Shown: positions 9,663-18,289, counted from the first letter of the stretch. The stretch: 35,526 nt of DNA from an uncultured virus (IMG/VR IMGVR_UViG_3300035698_018388) (IMGVR_UViG_3300035698_018388); one strand, 5' to 3'. The notes: generated from the sequence alone by a model not told the origin. Translations and numbers: made by a program.

Positions 9663-10661
9663 ATGATAATGAAAAAACCGATAATGAGAAAACAGGTTCC
9701 ACCGTTTACAATAAAATTAGAACTTACAGAAGGGTGCAATTTACATTGTAAGTTTTGCGGGATTAGCAGCATACGAAAAAAACCCGGCAAATTTCGGTTT
9801 ATGACAATTGAAACTGCAAAAGAATTAATAAAACAAATCAAAGATGCTGGGTGGACACCGAAGATCGATTGTGCGATGCATGGTGAACCATTAATGAATA
9901 AAAATGCAACCGAAATATTCAGACTTTTTAGAGAAGCATTTCCAAAAATTTATATGTATGTTACAACAAATGGTGGAGCACTTCTGGCCGGTGATGTTAC
10001 AAAAAATATAGATGCCCTGCTTGAACATTTGAATATAATAGCTCTTGACGATTATAAATATGCAAAAATAGTTCCTAAAGTTTTGAAGGGATATACAGGC
10101 AAGCATAAAATATTTACATACCCAGATATAAAAATTTACAATCGTCAAAATTTTAAAATGAGGGCTTTACTTATCTTTCCAGATATAAGCCAGAACAAAA
10201 AAATCCGGGCAAGACGTTTTAATAATCAGGCCGGGGCTGCTGGCCCTGCTGACTTTTCGATTATGAAACAACGATGTGCCAAACCGTTCAGAGAAATTGC
10301 AATAAAACATGATGGGATGGTTGTCCTCTGCTGTAATGACTGGAGAAGATATTTTAGAATAGGAACAATTTTTGAAAGAAACATAACAAGTTTATGGAAT
10401 GATAAACATTTAATTGCGGCAAGAAGAGTTCTTTTTAATGATGGAAGAACATTCAGTATTTGTCATGGTTGTAATAGTGTTGCATACAGAACGGGTCTCC
10501 TACCAGATCTTACTGCAAAACATACAATGCTAAAACCATCACAACGATGTTATGATCTATTAAAAGATATGGAAAGCCGTGGTTCCGACATAGAAGTATA
10601 TATTCCTAAATTTAGAGACAATAAAATAAAAGGCATTACCCAATTTGCAAAGGAGAAATAA
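9663..10661 (+). CDS. Radical SAM enzyme with SPASM/Twitch-like domain
   Basis: CNLHCKFC, HGEPL, TNG; C-terminal CAKP...LCC...CHGC. Confidence 0.9.
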   Translation: MIMKKPIMRKQVPPFTIKLELTEGCNLHCKFCGISSIRKKPGKFRFMTIETAKELIKQIKDAGWTPKIDCAMHGEPLMNKNATEIFRLFREAFPKIYMYVTTNGGALLAGDVTKNIDALLEHLNIIALDDYKYAKIVPKVLKGYTGKHKIFTYPDIKIYNRQNFKMRALLIFPDISQNKKIRARRFNNQAGAAGPADFSIMKQRCAKPFREIAIKHDGMVVLCCNDWRRYFRIGTIFERNITSLWNDKHLIAARRVLFNDGRTFSICHGCNSVAYRTGLLPDLTAKHTMLKPSQRCYDLLKDMESRGSDIEVYIPKFRDNKIKGITQFAKEK

Positions 10662-10664
10662 CAG

Positions 10665-12047
10665 ATGAAAATTGCAATGATAATGTTCCCACTTGGAGGC
10701 CTTGGTGGTATCGTAAGTAACATTGAAAATCTTTGTTGGGGATTAAAAGAAATCGGTCATGACGTAAACCTTTTTCTTTTTTCTTGGCAAAATAAATTTA
10801 TGACCCCAAAATATAGCGACGATGATTTAATTGGAAAAAATGGGTGGTATCGTGGCTTTACCTGCGCAACACATCAAAGCAATGGTTGGAATCTTCCTTT
10901 AGACCGTAAGGTTGCATATAAAGGCAACAAAAATTTAAGACAAGCCAAACGGTTATTAAAGAAATTTGATCTTATTATTTGGCAAATCCCAGTCCCTACG
11001 CAACAAAAAAACAATAGGGGCAACACCGATTGGCCGGAGTTGTATAAAGTAAATCCAAATAATATATTATACAGTCACGATGCACACTTAATGGCAAGAT
11101 ATCCATATATTTATGAAGTAAAAGAAAATATTACCGGATTGGCCTGTGTCAATGTTTCCAGTTTTTTTGCAAGCCAGATTGGTGGAATAAGAAAAGCATT
11201 GACATTTAGCAGCCATGATATTTCAAAACTGAAACATCGATTCGATTATGACAAAAGGCAAAATGGTTTTTTAAGTTTGCAAACATTTAAGGGGTGGAAG
11301 CATGTTGAAGACTTAGTAAGGGCCATACCCCATATGGAAAAAGAAACAAGAAAAGTAATGGCAGGTGCGGGTAGAGAATATGCATATATGATCAGTAAAG
11401 ATAAATGTAAGCCAGAATATTTTTTGGATAAAAAATATGATCCAGACTTAAAAGATTTAAAATTCAAACAAGATACAAGAATTTGGGATTATGCCGGTGA
11501 ACATGGAATGGAATATTTCGGTTGGATAACGCCATCAGCAAGAAACATATTTTTAAAAAGAGTGAAATGTCTTATTGACCCAAGTTGGAATCTTAACTTT
11601 GCAAAACATGGCGGTCATTTTAATCGTGTATTTATAGACGCAATAAAAAATGGGGCAATACCAATTGGAAGAAATTTTGGCATAACCTCTAACAAAGAGG
11701 GGAATGGATACGTTTTTAAAGCCAATGAAAATTATATTATGATTCCACACGATGCGACACCAAAAGAATTTGCCGAAATTGTAGAAAGAACAAATAGATT
11801 GCCAAGAAAAGAATGGAAAAGAATTTTAAAAAATAATTATGAATTAATAAAACTTTTTGATCGTAAAGTTGTCGCACAACATTTTATTGATTTATCTAAA
11901 GGGAAACCTGCTGGTTTTTTCAAAGACAAGCATGCTTTTCTGAAACAAACACCGCATGCAGTAAAATTAAATTCGGCAAAACTTGCGAAATCCTTTTTTG
12001 GATTAACGCCAAAGAAATTTGAAACCGGATTAAAAAAGTTTATTTAA
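10665..12047 (+). CDS. GT-B fold (GT4-like) glycosyltransferase
   Basis: MKIAMI..PLGGLGGI..L..GL..IGHDV; WKHVEDLVRA; F..V.IDA...GAIPI. Confidence 0.8.
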   Translation: MKIAMIMFPLGGLGGIVSNIENLCWGLKEIGHDVNLFLFSWQNKFMTPKYSDDDLIGKNGWYRGFTCATHQSNGWNLPLDRKVAYKGNKNLRQAKRLLKKFDLIIWQIPVPTQQKNNRGNTDWPELYKVNPNNILYSHDAHLMARYPYIYEVKENITGLACVNVSSFFASQIGGIRKALTFSSHDISKLKHRFDYDKRQNGFLSLQTFKGWKHVEDLVRAIPHMEKETRKVMAGAGREYAYMISKDKCKPEYFLDKKYDPDLKDLKFKQDTRIWDYAGEHGMEYFGWITPSARNIFLKRVKCLIDPSWNLNFAKHGGHFNRVFIDAIKNGAIPIGRNFGITSNKEGNGYVFKANENYIMIPHDATPKEFAEIVERTNRLPRKEWKRILKNNYELIKLFDRKVVAQHFIDLSKGKPAGFFKDKHAFLKQTPHAVKLNSAKLAKSFFGLTPKKFETGLKKFI

Positions 12048-12061
12048 TGGCGGAGTAAATA

Positions 12062-12253
12062 ATGGCATTCGTTATTACGTGTCCCTATTGCAATCACAAG
12101 GAGACCATAAGAAATACAAAACATAGATGGGTATTTCTCCAAATTGGAAAAACAAAATGTGTCGATTGCCATAAAGAGATAAAAATAAATGATAGAACAT
12201 TGAAAACAATGCAAGTAATCGGAAGCGGTAAAATCACAAGGAGGAAAAAATGA
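12062..12253 (+). CDS. Small Zn-ribbon protein with C-terminal KITRRKK
   Basis: CPYC...CVDC; SD GGAG. Confidence 0.7.
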   Translation: MAFVITCPYCNHKETIRNTKHRWVFLQIGKTKCVDCHKEIKINDRTLKTMQVIGSGKITRRKK

Positions 12254-12681
12254 AAGAATCAGTTGAAACGAAAAACCGTTTATTTTTTGATCGTCATTTT
12301 TACTTGTATGCAAAAGGCTGGTACGAAAGAACAGATGTTTTGCAAGACTTAAAAAAAATTGTCGCTGACCGTTGTGGACGCGGAATTGAAGCTATTGGTT
12401 TTGGAAGTATCTTCTCTATTTTGATAAAGCTGGTTTATTCCCATATTGGAAACGAATATAGATTTATTGAATTTGTAGAAAATCTTCTCCCGGAACAAAG
12501 ATGGAAAGTAAAAACCTCCTTTAATAAAGAAAGCACCTTTGAAGAAATAATGTTGAATAATTGTCTTTCTGTATTATCAAGGCAAAAGGTAACAGATATT
12601 CCTTTTGCTCTTGGCGAGCCTGATTGGGACATATTGCCAAAACCAGCTTCAAAAAAAATTAAAGAAATGACCTTAAAATAA
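12250..12681 (+). CDS. Hypothetical protein
   Basis: ATGA-coupled, SD AGGAGG. Confidence 0.7.
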   Translation: MKESVETKNRLFFDRHFYLYAKGWYERTDVLQDLKKIVADRCGRGIEAIGFGSIFSILIKLVYSHIGNEYRFIEFVENLLPEQRWKVKTSFNKESTFEEIMLNNCLSVLSRQKVTDIPFALGEPDWDILPKPASKKIKEMTLK

Positions 12682-12697
12682 GAAGGAGTAAATAATA

Positions 12698-15600
12698 ATG
12701 TCATTCTGCCATTTACACGTTCATGATGAATACTCTCAACTTGATGGAATGGGAACGGCTAAGGAGTATGTTGCCGCAGCAAAAGAAAATGGCTTTAAAT
12801 ATCTTGGATTAACTAACCACGGAAACATAGATAGCTTAATAAAATTTCAAAGGGAATGCGAAGCCGGTGGCATTACTCCAGTTCTTGGTTGTGAAGCATA
12901 TATCGTTGACGACATTGCAAAAAAGAAAACAGAAAAGCGGCATCACATTTGTCTCTTTGTAAAAAATCAAAGAGGATGGAGAAATCTCACAACGTTAATG
13001 ACCTTTGCAAATATTGAAGGGTTTTACTACCGACCAATTATAGATTATGGAACACTCCTCAAGCATTGCGAAGGACTTGTTATATCAACAGCATGTGCAG
13101 GAACATTTTTGCACCACAAAAACGGTATAGACCTATTTGAAAAATTAAACAAAAAAATAGGAAGTGATTTATATCTTGAAGTAATGCCGCACGATATTAA
13201 AGTGCAATACCCAACAAATAAACTTGTTAAAAAACTATCCAAAAAATATGGCAACAAAATAATTGCAACAAACGATTGCCATTATGTTTTAAGGAGTGAT
13301 CATAAAGTTCAAGATGTACTCCTTGCAATACAAAGACAGGTTAAATGGAACGATCCCAAACGATTTAGTTTCGGATTCAAAGGATTGCATTTAAGAACCG
13401 AAAAGGAAATGATTAGAGCATTTAAGAAAATAGGAGAAGATGATTATCAAGAATGGTTGGACAACACGATTGAAGTTGCTAAAAAGTGTTCTGATTTCAA
13501 AATAAAGAAAAGAACCGTTAGATTGCCAGAACCAAAAATAAATAATGTTATTTTAGATACCAAAGGAAAAGAGTCTAATTTCTTATGGGCTCTTATCTAC
13601 AGCGGATATGAATATTTATTTGGTATTAAAAAGAATCTTAAAGAGAATAAAAAATATTATCGAAGGGCAAAACGAGAATTTGAACTCCTTCAGAAAAAAG
13701 GGTTTATTCATTATCTCTTAATTGTTTGGGAATTAATTGATTGGTGCGAAAAAAATAATATAATAATTGGACCGGGACGTGGTAGTGTTGGTGGTTCTTT
13801 AATTGCCTACTTAATTGGCATCACCCAAGTTGATCCAATTAAATATGGCCTTTATTTTGAAAGATTTGTATCTGAAGATCGAGTTGATTTGCCAGATATA
13901 GATATTGATTTTGATAGAGAAAAAAGATATTTGGTGGTAAAACATCTTGAAGAACTATATGGGGAGGATAACGTTTGTGCGGTTAGTTCTTTTAATCGAA
14001 TGAAAAGTAGAGCCGCAATTGGAGAAGTTGGAAAGGTATTTGGAGTTCCTGATTATGAATTAAAGGCATTCTCAAAATTAATTGATTACAAAGAAGAAGA
14101 CGCTCTTAAAACAGCATTAGATACCTATCCAGAAGGGCAAGCATTAAAAGACAATTATCCCTTTGTTGTTAAGGCAGCATTACGACTTGAAGGTCAAATT
14201 CGGAATTACGGAAAACACGCAGCCGCAATTGTCGTTTCTAAAAGGCCAATTGCAAAAGGCGGGCGTTGTAATCTTATAAGAAGAAATAAAACAACATTAA
14301 TAAATTGGGGAAAAGAAGATACAGAGTTTATGGGATTAATGAAATTTGATTTATTAAGTCTCAGTCTTCTTTCAATTTATGATGGAACAAAAAAAGCAAT
14401 AAAAGAAAATCACGGTATCGATATTGACTTCAAAAAAATACCACTTGATGATAAAAAAGTTTTGAAAAATATTAGTGATGGGAATAATGTTGGAGTATTT
14501 CAGATAGGCACATGGGCGACCAACAGTCTTATCCAAGAAATGCATGGTGTTCGTTGCTTTGACGATATTGCTGCCGCCATTGCGCTTGTTAGACCCGGTC
14601 CTATGCAATCTGGCATGACCGAACAGTACATTGAACGGAGACAAGTTGGCGAATGGGAACAGACCCATAAGATATACGATGAAATCACAGAAGAAACAAA
14701 TGGAGTACTTGTTTATCAGGAACAGGTGATGGCCGTTATAAGCAAGATGGCAGGACTTCCATATTCAACAGCAGATCAGATAAGAAAGATTATTGGAAAG
14801 AAAAGAGATCCCAAAGAATTTGAAACGTATAGAAAACAATTTCTGGATGGTTGTATAAAACAAAAAACATTTTCTAAAAAGGAAGCAAAAGAATTTTGGG
14901 AAGGATTATTAAAGTGGGCAAAATATGGTTTTGGAAAAGCCCATTCTATTGAATATGCTTTACTTGGATACTGGTGCGCTTTTCTAAAACTCTACTACCC
15001 ATTAGAGTTTATATGTGCAAATTTGACCTACGGTTCAGATGCAAAGAAAACAGAACTTGTCGAAGAAATATATGATCTTGGTTTAAAAATAGAATTGCCA
15101 AAAGTAGGAATAAGTGAAGCTGAAAAATGGGTTACTAAATCTGATAGAGTGTTTATTCCATTTGCTGAAATCAAAGGCGTCGGCCCGGTATTGGCAAGAG
15201 AAGCAACAGCAGAAACGAATAGTAATGCTGGACTTAAAAGATTCTATAATCCAAAAGGGAAAAGCAAGATACAGCAGCATCCCGGAAAACTCGGGAAAAT
15301 ACTCCAGTTGATTGGTGCATATGGTTCTGACGAAATAGAAATAACAAAAGAGATTAGTGATTTATTCGATTTTAGAATTGAAGGCAATAATTCAAAGATA
15401 TATAAAAACTTATGGAAGGTTCTTATAAAAGGAGCAAAAAATAAAGGTTTGCCAATCGTTCGTGAAGAAGGTCTCGTAAACGAAAAGAATTTAAAGGAAT
15501 TAGTAACCGGAGATATTGAAAAGCTTCGTTTATTACAAGAATATAATGCCAAAATAATTAAAAGGAAATCTTTCAGGCCAAAGCGTGGAAGATTCTTAGA

Positions 15601-16192
15601 CGAATTAAAATCATGTAATGAATGCGAATTAAGAGAGGAGTGTACTTCTCCCGTTCCCCCAAGTTCTGGAAAACTTAATGTCATAATCGCTGGTGAAGCA
15701 CCGGGTAAAGATGAAGATGAAAAGGGAGTTTGCTTTGTTGGTCGTACCGGTAATGATATCCTATGGCCCGAACTTAAAAAGTATGGATTTGAACGATCAT
15801 CTTTTCATGTAACAAATATAGACAAATGCTTTCCAAAGAAAAGTAGAAAGCCGTCACCAAAGCAGATACAGATTTGTGCGAATAAATTCTTTAAAAAGGA
15901 AGTTAAACAAATAAGAGCAAAAATAATTTTAGCCTTTGGAAATACGAATTTATTTTTGTTTACTGGAAACAAAGGTGGCATTACAGATTGGAATGGAAAA
16001 ATAATGTGGAACGAAGAATATGCTGCATGGATTTTCTTTTGTTTGCATCCTGCATCAGTACTCCATAATCCAGATAACAAAATACCGTTTAAAAAATCAA
16101 TAAAACAATTTGCAAAATATGTTAATGAAATAAAAGAAGAGAAGCAATTAAAGACGACAAAGCATTTTGATGATGACGACATCCCATTTTAA
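12698..16192 (+). CDS. dnaE: DNA polymerase III alpha (family C) fused to C-terminal family-4 uracil-DNA glycosylase
   Basis: PHP HLHVH..YS.LDG, TNHG, TNDCHY; GRGS; PDIDID; KFDLL; RPGP; YQEQVM; YGFGKAHS; IKGVG. UDG domain (~15596-16140): CNEC, GEAPG, FVG, KCFP, HPAS. Confidence 0.95.
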   Translation: MSFCHLHVHDEYSQLDGMGTAKEYVAAAKENGFKYLGLTNHGNIDSLIKFQRECEAGGITPVLGCEAYIVDDIAKKKTEKRHHICLFVKNQRGWRNLTTLMTFANIEGFYYRPIIDYGTLLKHCEGLVISTACAGTFLHHKNGIDLFEKLNKKIGSDLYLEVMPHDIKVQYPTNKLVKKLSKKYGNKIIATNDCHYVLRSDHKVQDVLLAIQRQVKWNDPKRFSFGFKGLHLRTEKEMIRAFKKIGEDDYQEWLDNTIEVAKKCSDFKIKKRTVRLPEPKINNVILDTKGKESNFLWALIYSGYEYLFGIKKNLKENKKYYRRAKREFELLQKKGFIHYLLIVWELIDWCEKNNIIIGPGRGSVGGSLIAYLIGITQVDPIKYGLYFERFVSEDRVDLPDIDIDFDREKRYLVVKHLEELYGEDNVCAVSSFNRMKSRAAIGEVGKVFGVPDYELKAFSKLIDYKEEDALKTALDTYPEGQALKDNYPFVVKAALRLEGQIRNYGKHAAAIVVSKRPIAKGGRCNLIRRNKTTLINWGKEDTEFMGLMKFDLLSLSLLSIYDGTKKAIKENHGIDIDFKKIPLDDKKVLKNISDGNNVGVFQIGTWATNSLIQEMHGVRCFDDIAAAIALVRPGPMQSGMTEQYIERRQVGEWEQTHKIYDEITEETNGVLVYQEQVMAVISKMAGLPYSTADQIRKIIGKKRDPKEFETYRKQFLDGCIKQKTFSKKEAKEFWEGLLKWAKYGFGKAHSIEYALLGYWCAFLKLYYPLEFICANLTYGSDAKKTELVEEIYDLGLKIELPKVGISEAEKWVTKSDRVFIPFAEIKGVGPVLAREATAETNSNAGLKRFYNPKGKSKIQQHPGKLGKILQLIGAYGSDEIEITKEISDLFDFRIEGNNSKIYKNLWKVLIKGAKNKGLPIVREEGLVNEKNLKELVTGDIEKLRLLQEYNAKIIKRKSFRPKRGRFLDELKSCNECELREECTSPVPPSSGKLNVIIAGEAPGKDEDEKGVCFVGRTGNDILWPELKKYGFERSSFHVTNIDKCFPKKSRKPSPKQIQICANKFFKKEVKQIRAKIILAFGNTNLFLFTGNKGGITDWNGKIMWNEEYAAWIFFCLHPASVLHNPDNKIPFKKSIKQFAKYVNEIKEEKQLKTTKHFDDDDIPF

Positions 16193-16200
16193 GGATAATT

Positions 16201-16225
16201 AAAAATTTCAAAACCGTGTTATAAT
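16201..16225 (+). promoter_or_regulatory. Putative promoter, second copy of the 4430-4454 motif
   Basis: AAAAATttCAAAAccgtGTTATAAT, TATAAT at 16220-16225. Confidence 0.55.
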
Positions 16226-16243
16226 GTATATATGGAGGAAAAA

Positions 16244-16447
16244 ATTAAATTCTTTAAGAACCGTTCGAGGTGCTCCCATGTTGGTGCCAACCGGGTTCGA
16301 TCGTTTCCCTGCCGCTAATTTCATCATCGCCAAAGCGAAGCGGCCTTTTACCGGGATCAAAGTGTTCCGGTGCCAACCGGGTTCGGGAGAGAAGGAGCAT
16401 TCCCCATTTACCACCGACATGCTCGTGCGGTTCTTAAAGAATTTAAT
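16244..16447 (+). ncRNA. Candidate structured ncRNA or 5' leader
   Basis: Perfect 20-bp terminal inverted repeat, nested stems with G-U pairs, 17-nt direct repeat, potential pseudoknot; GC-rich island after a promoter motif. Confidence 0.6.
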
Positions 16448-16467
16448 AAAAGCCAAAAGGAGTCAAA

Positions 16468-16953
16468 ATGCAATATAGAGAAGACCTGAATATTAACAAA
16501 TTCAATTTGGACGAGGAGTTGATTCGGCAACCACAACATTTTTTAGATTGGGCTTTGGCTTGGAATAACGCAGCAGATCAAAGAGAAAAAGCAAAAAGCC
16601 GATTTGAATTAATCAAAGCAGAAACGGAATCTAACATAAGAAAGCATCCTGATGATTATGATATCCCTTCTGGTAAGGCAACAGAACCGGCAATCAAATC
16701 AGAAGTATTAAAACATAGTCGAGTTAGAAAGGCACAACGAAAATATTTAAAAGCATTGAAAAATGAACGGGTATTGGCAGATGTCAAAACGTCATTCAGA
16801 CAGAGAAAATCAATGCTTGAAAAATTAGTTGACCTGAACTTGCAAGTCCATTTTTCAGATCCGAAGATACCAACAACTCAAAAGGAATCTATTTATCAGC
16901 ACAGAAAAAGAAAAATAACTCGGAAACTAAGGAAGTCATTCGATGATCGCTAA
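16468..16953 (+). CDS. Coiled-coil protein, possible UvsY-like recombination mediator
   Basis: Helical, ends ..SFRQRKSML..L; lies upstream of SSB and RecA. Confidence 0.5.
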   Translation: MQYREDLNINKFNLDEELIRQPQHFLDWALAWNNAADQREKAKSRFELIKAETESNIRKHPDDYDIPSGKATEPAIKSEVLKHSRVRKAQRKYLKALKNERVLADVKTSFRQRKSMLEKLVDLNLQVHFSDPKIPTTQKESIYQHRKRKITRKLRKSFDDR

Positions 16954-17158
16954 CCTACTCATAGAAATAATAAAAGATATTTTTATTTATGCTTCAGCAT
17001 TGATTGTGCTACTTGTTTTGATTTATGTTGCCTCAAGACTTGTGGCTCTTGGTGTTGCAAAAAGTATAATTAAGGCAATAAATGATAACGCTGCTGAAAA
17101 GGCGGCAAAACAGGGAGGAAATGAAAATGGCAAGAGACAAGAGTCGGAGAAAATTTGA
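16943..17158 (+). CDS. Small membrane protein
   Basis: Hydrophobic IFIYASALIVLLVLIYVA. Confidence 0.6.
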   Translation: MIANLLIEIIKDIFIYASALIVLLVLIYVASRLVALGVAKSIIKAINDNAAEKAAKQGGNENGKRQESEKI

Positions 17159-18284
17159 TAGTAAGAAGTTAAAAGAAAGAACCAAAGAATCTCAAAAACG
17201 GGCGAAGGCCGGTGGCAAAAATATCTTAGATAACAGCAAGGATCTTCCGAAAATTGTTTTTCGAGAAGGCAAACATACCTTTGATATTATTCCTTACATT
17301 ACCGGAAAGAACGACAGCGAGCCTAACGAATGGGCCTACACTTTTGAATACTACATGCATCGAAATATCGGCACCGCAAAAATTCCTGTCATTTGTCCAC
17401 AAGCAACATTTGGGGAGCCTTGTCCCATATGCGAACATCAACAGAAACTAAGAGACAAAGGCGACGAATCGTATAAAGACTACTGGCCAAAAAGAAGAAA
17501 CCTTTATAATATCATTTGCTATGACCGGGGAGAACAAGAAAAGGGAATCCAACTTCTGGATGTAAGTTGGCATTATATGGAAAAGTATTTAGCAACAATT
17601 TCAGAAAAAACAAACCGGAAAACCGGAAAACTGGAAACTATCAGTTTTGCCGATACCGACAAAAGAAAAGGCCGCTCTATTGAATTTACATTAGAAGCCG
17701 CAAAATCTGAAAATGACTACCCTGATTGGCGTGGACATAACTTTGATCGACGAGATTATGATATTAAAGACAGTATTCTTGAAAAAGCACTTGTCCTTGA
17801 TAAATGTGTTGTCCTTATGAGTTATGATGAACTGGAAGAACTTCATTTTAATGGGCCGAAGGGTAAAAATAATTCAGACGATGATGACAAACCAGAATCC
17901 GTTTCCGACGATCTTGATGATCTGAAAGACGACCTTGAAGACATTGATGATTTTAAAGATCTGAAGGAGTTCATAAAGAATAATGATCTTGACATCAAAG
18001 TCAAAAAGGCAGATTGGAAAGATGACGAAGACGATGCAAAAGATGAAGTCCGGGTTGTCCTTGAAAAGAAATTTGATGGAAATGCTGCCGACGACGATGA
18101 TGATGATGATGATGACAAAAAAGATAAACATACTGAAAAAGAAATTGAAAAAATGTCATTTAAGAAATTAAAGAAACTTATCAAAGATGAAGATCTTGAT
18201 ATTGATATGGACGATTATGAAAAAGACGATGACGATGATCTTGAAGACCTTCGGGAAGAAGTAGTTGACAAACTGGATCTGTAA
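17127..18284 (+). CDS. gp32-like single-stranded DNA-binding protein with acidic repeat tail
   Basis: YYMH, CPQATFGEPCPICE Zn motif, PKRRNLYNI, very acidic C-terminus; SD GGAGG at 17114-17118 favours ATG 17127. Confidence 0.75.
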   Translation: MARDKSRRKFDSKKLKERTKESQKRAKAGGKNILDNSKDLPKIVFREGKHTFDIIPYITGKNDSEPNEWAYTFEYYMHRNIGTAKIPVICPQATFGEPCPICEHQQKLRDKGDESYKDYWPKRRNLYNIICYDRGEQEKGIQLLDVSWHYMEKYLATISEKTNRKTGKLETISFADTDKRKGRSIEFTLEAAKSENDYPDWRGHNFDRRDYDIKDSILEKALVLDKCVVLMSYDELEELHFNGPKGKNNSDDDDKPESVSDDLDDLKDDLEDIDDFKDLKEFIKNNDLDIKVKKADWKDDEDDAKDEVRVVLEKKFDGNAADDDDDDDDDKKDKHTEKEIEKMSFKKLKKLIKDEDLDIDMDDYEKDDDDDLEDLREEVVDKLDL

Positions 18285-18289
18285 AGACT

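Noticed and set aside
12698..16192. Intein or intron in dnaE (also checked recA and helicase)
   Set aside because: No C/S...HN splice motifs or LAGLIDADG blocks; extra length explained by the UDG domain
16283..16385. 17-nt direct repeat as mini-CRISPR or retron msr-msd
   Set aside because: Two copies only, embedded in stems; no cas or reverse transcriptase in the window
16224..16478. 84-aa + strand ORF (and 82-aa - strand ORF) over the GC-rich island
   Set aside because: No SD before the start, which overlaps the -10 box; atypical composition; better explained by RNA structure, though not excluded
18090..18116. (GAT/GAC)n microsatellite
   Set aside because: Simply encodes poly-Asp in the SSB tail
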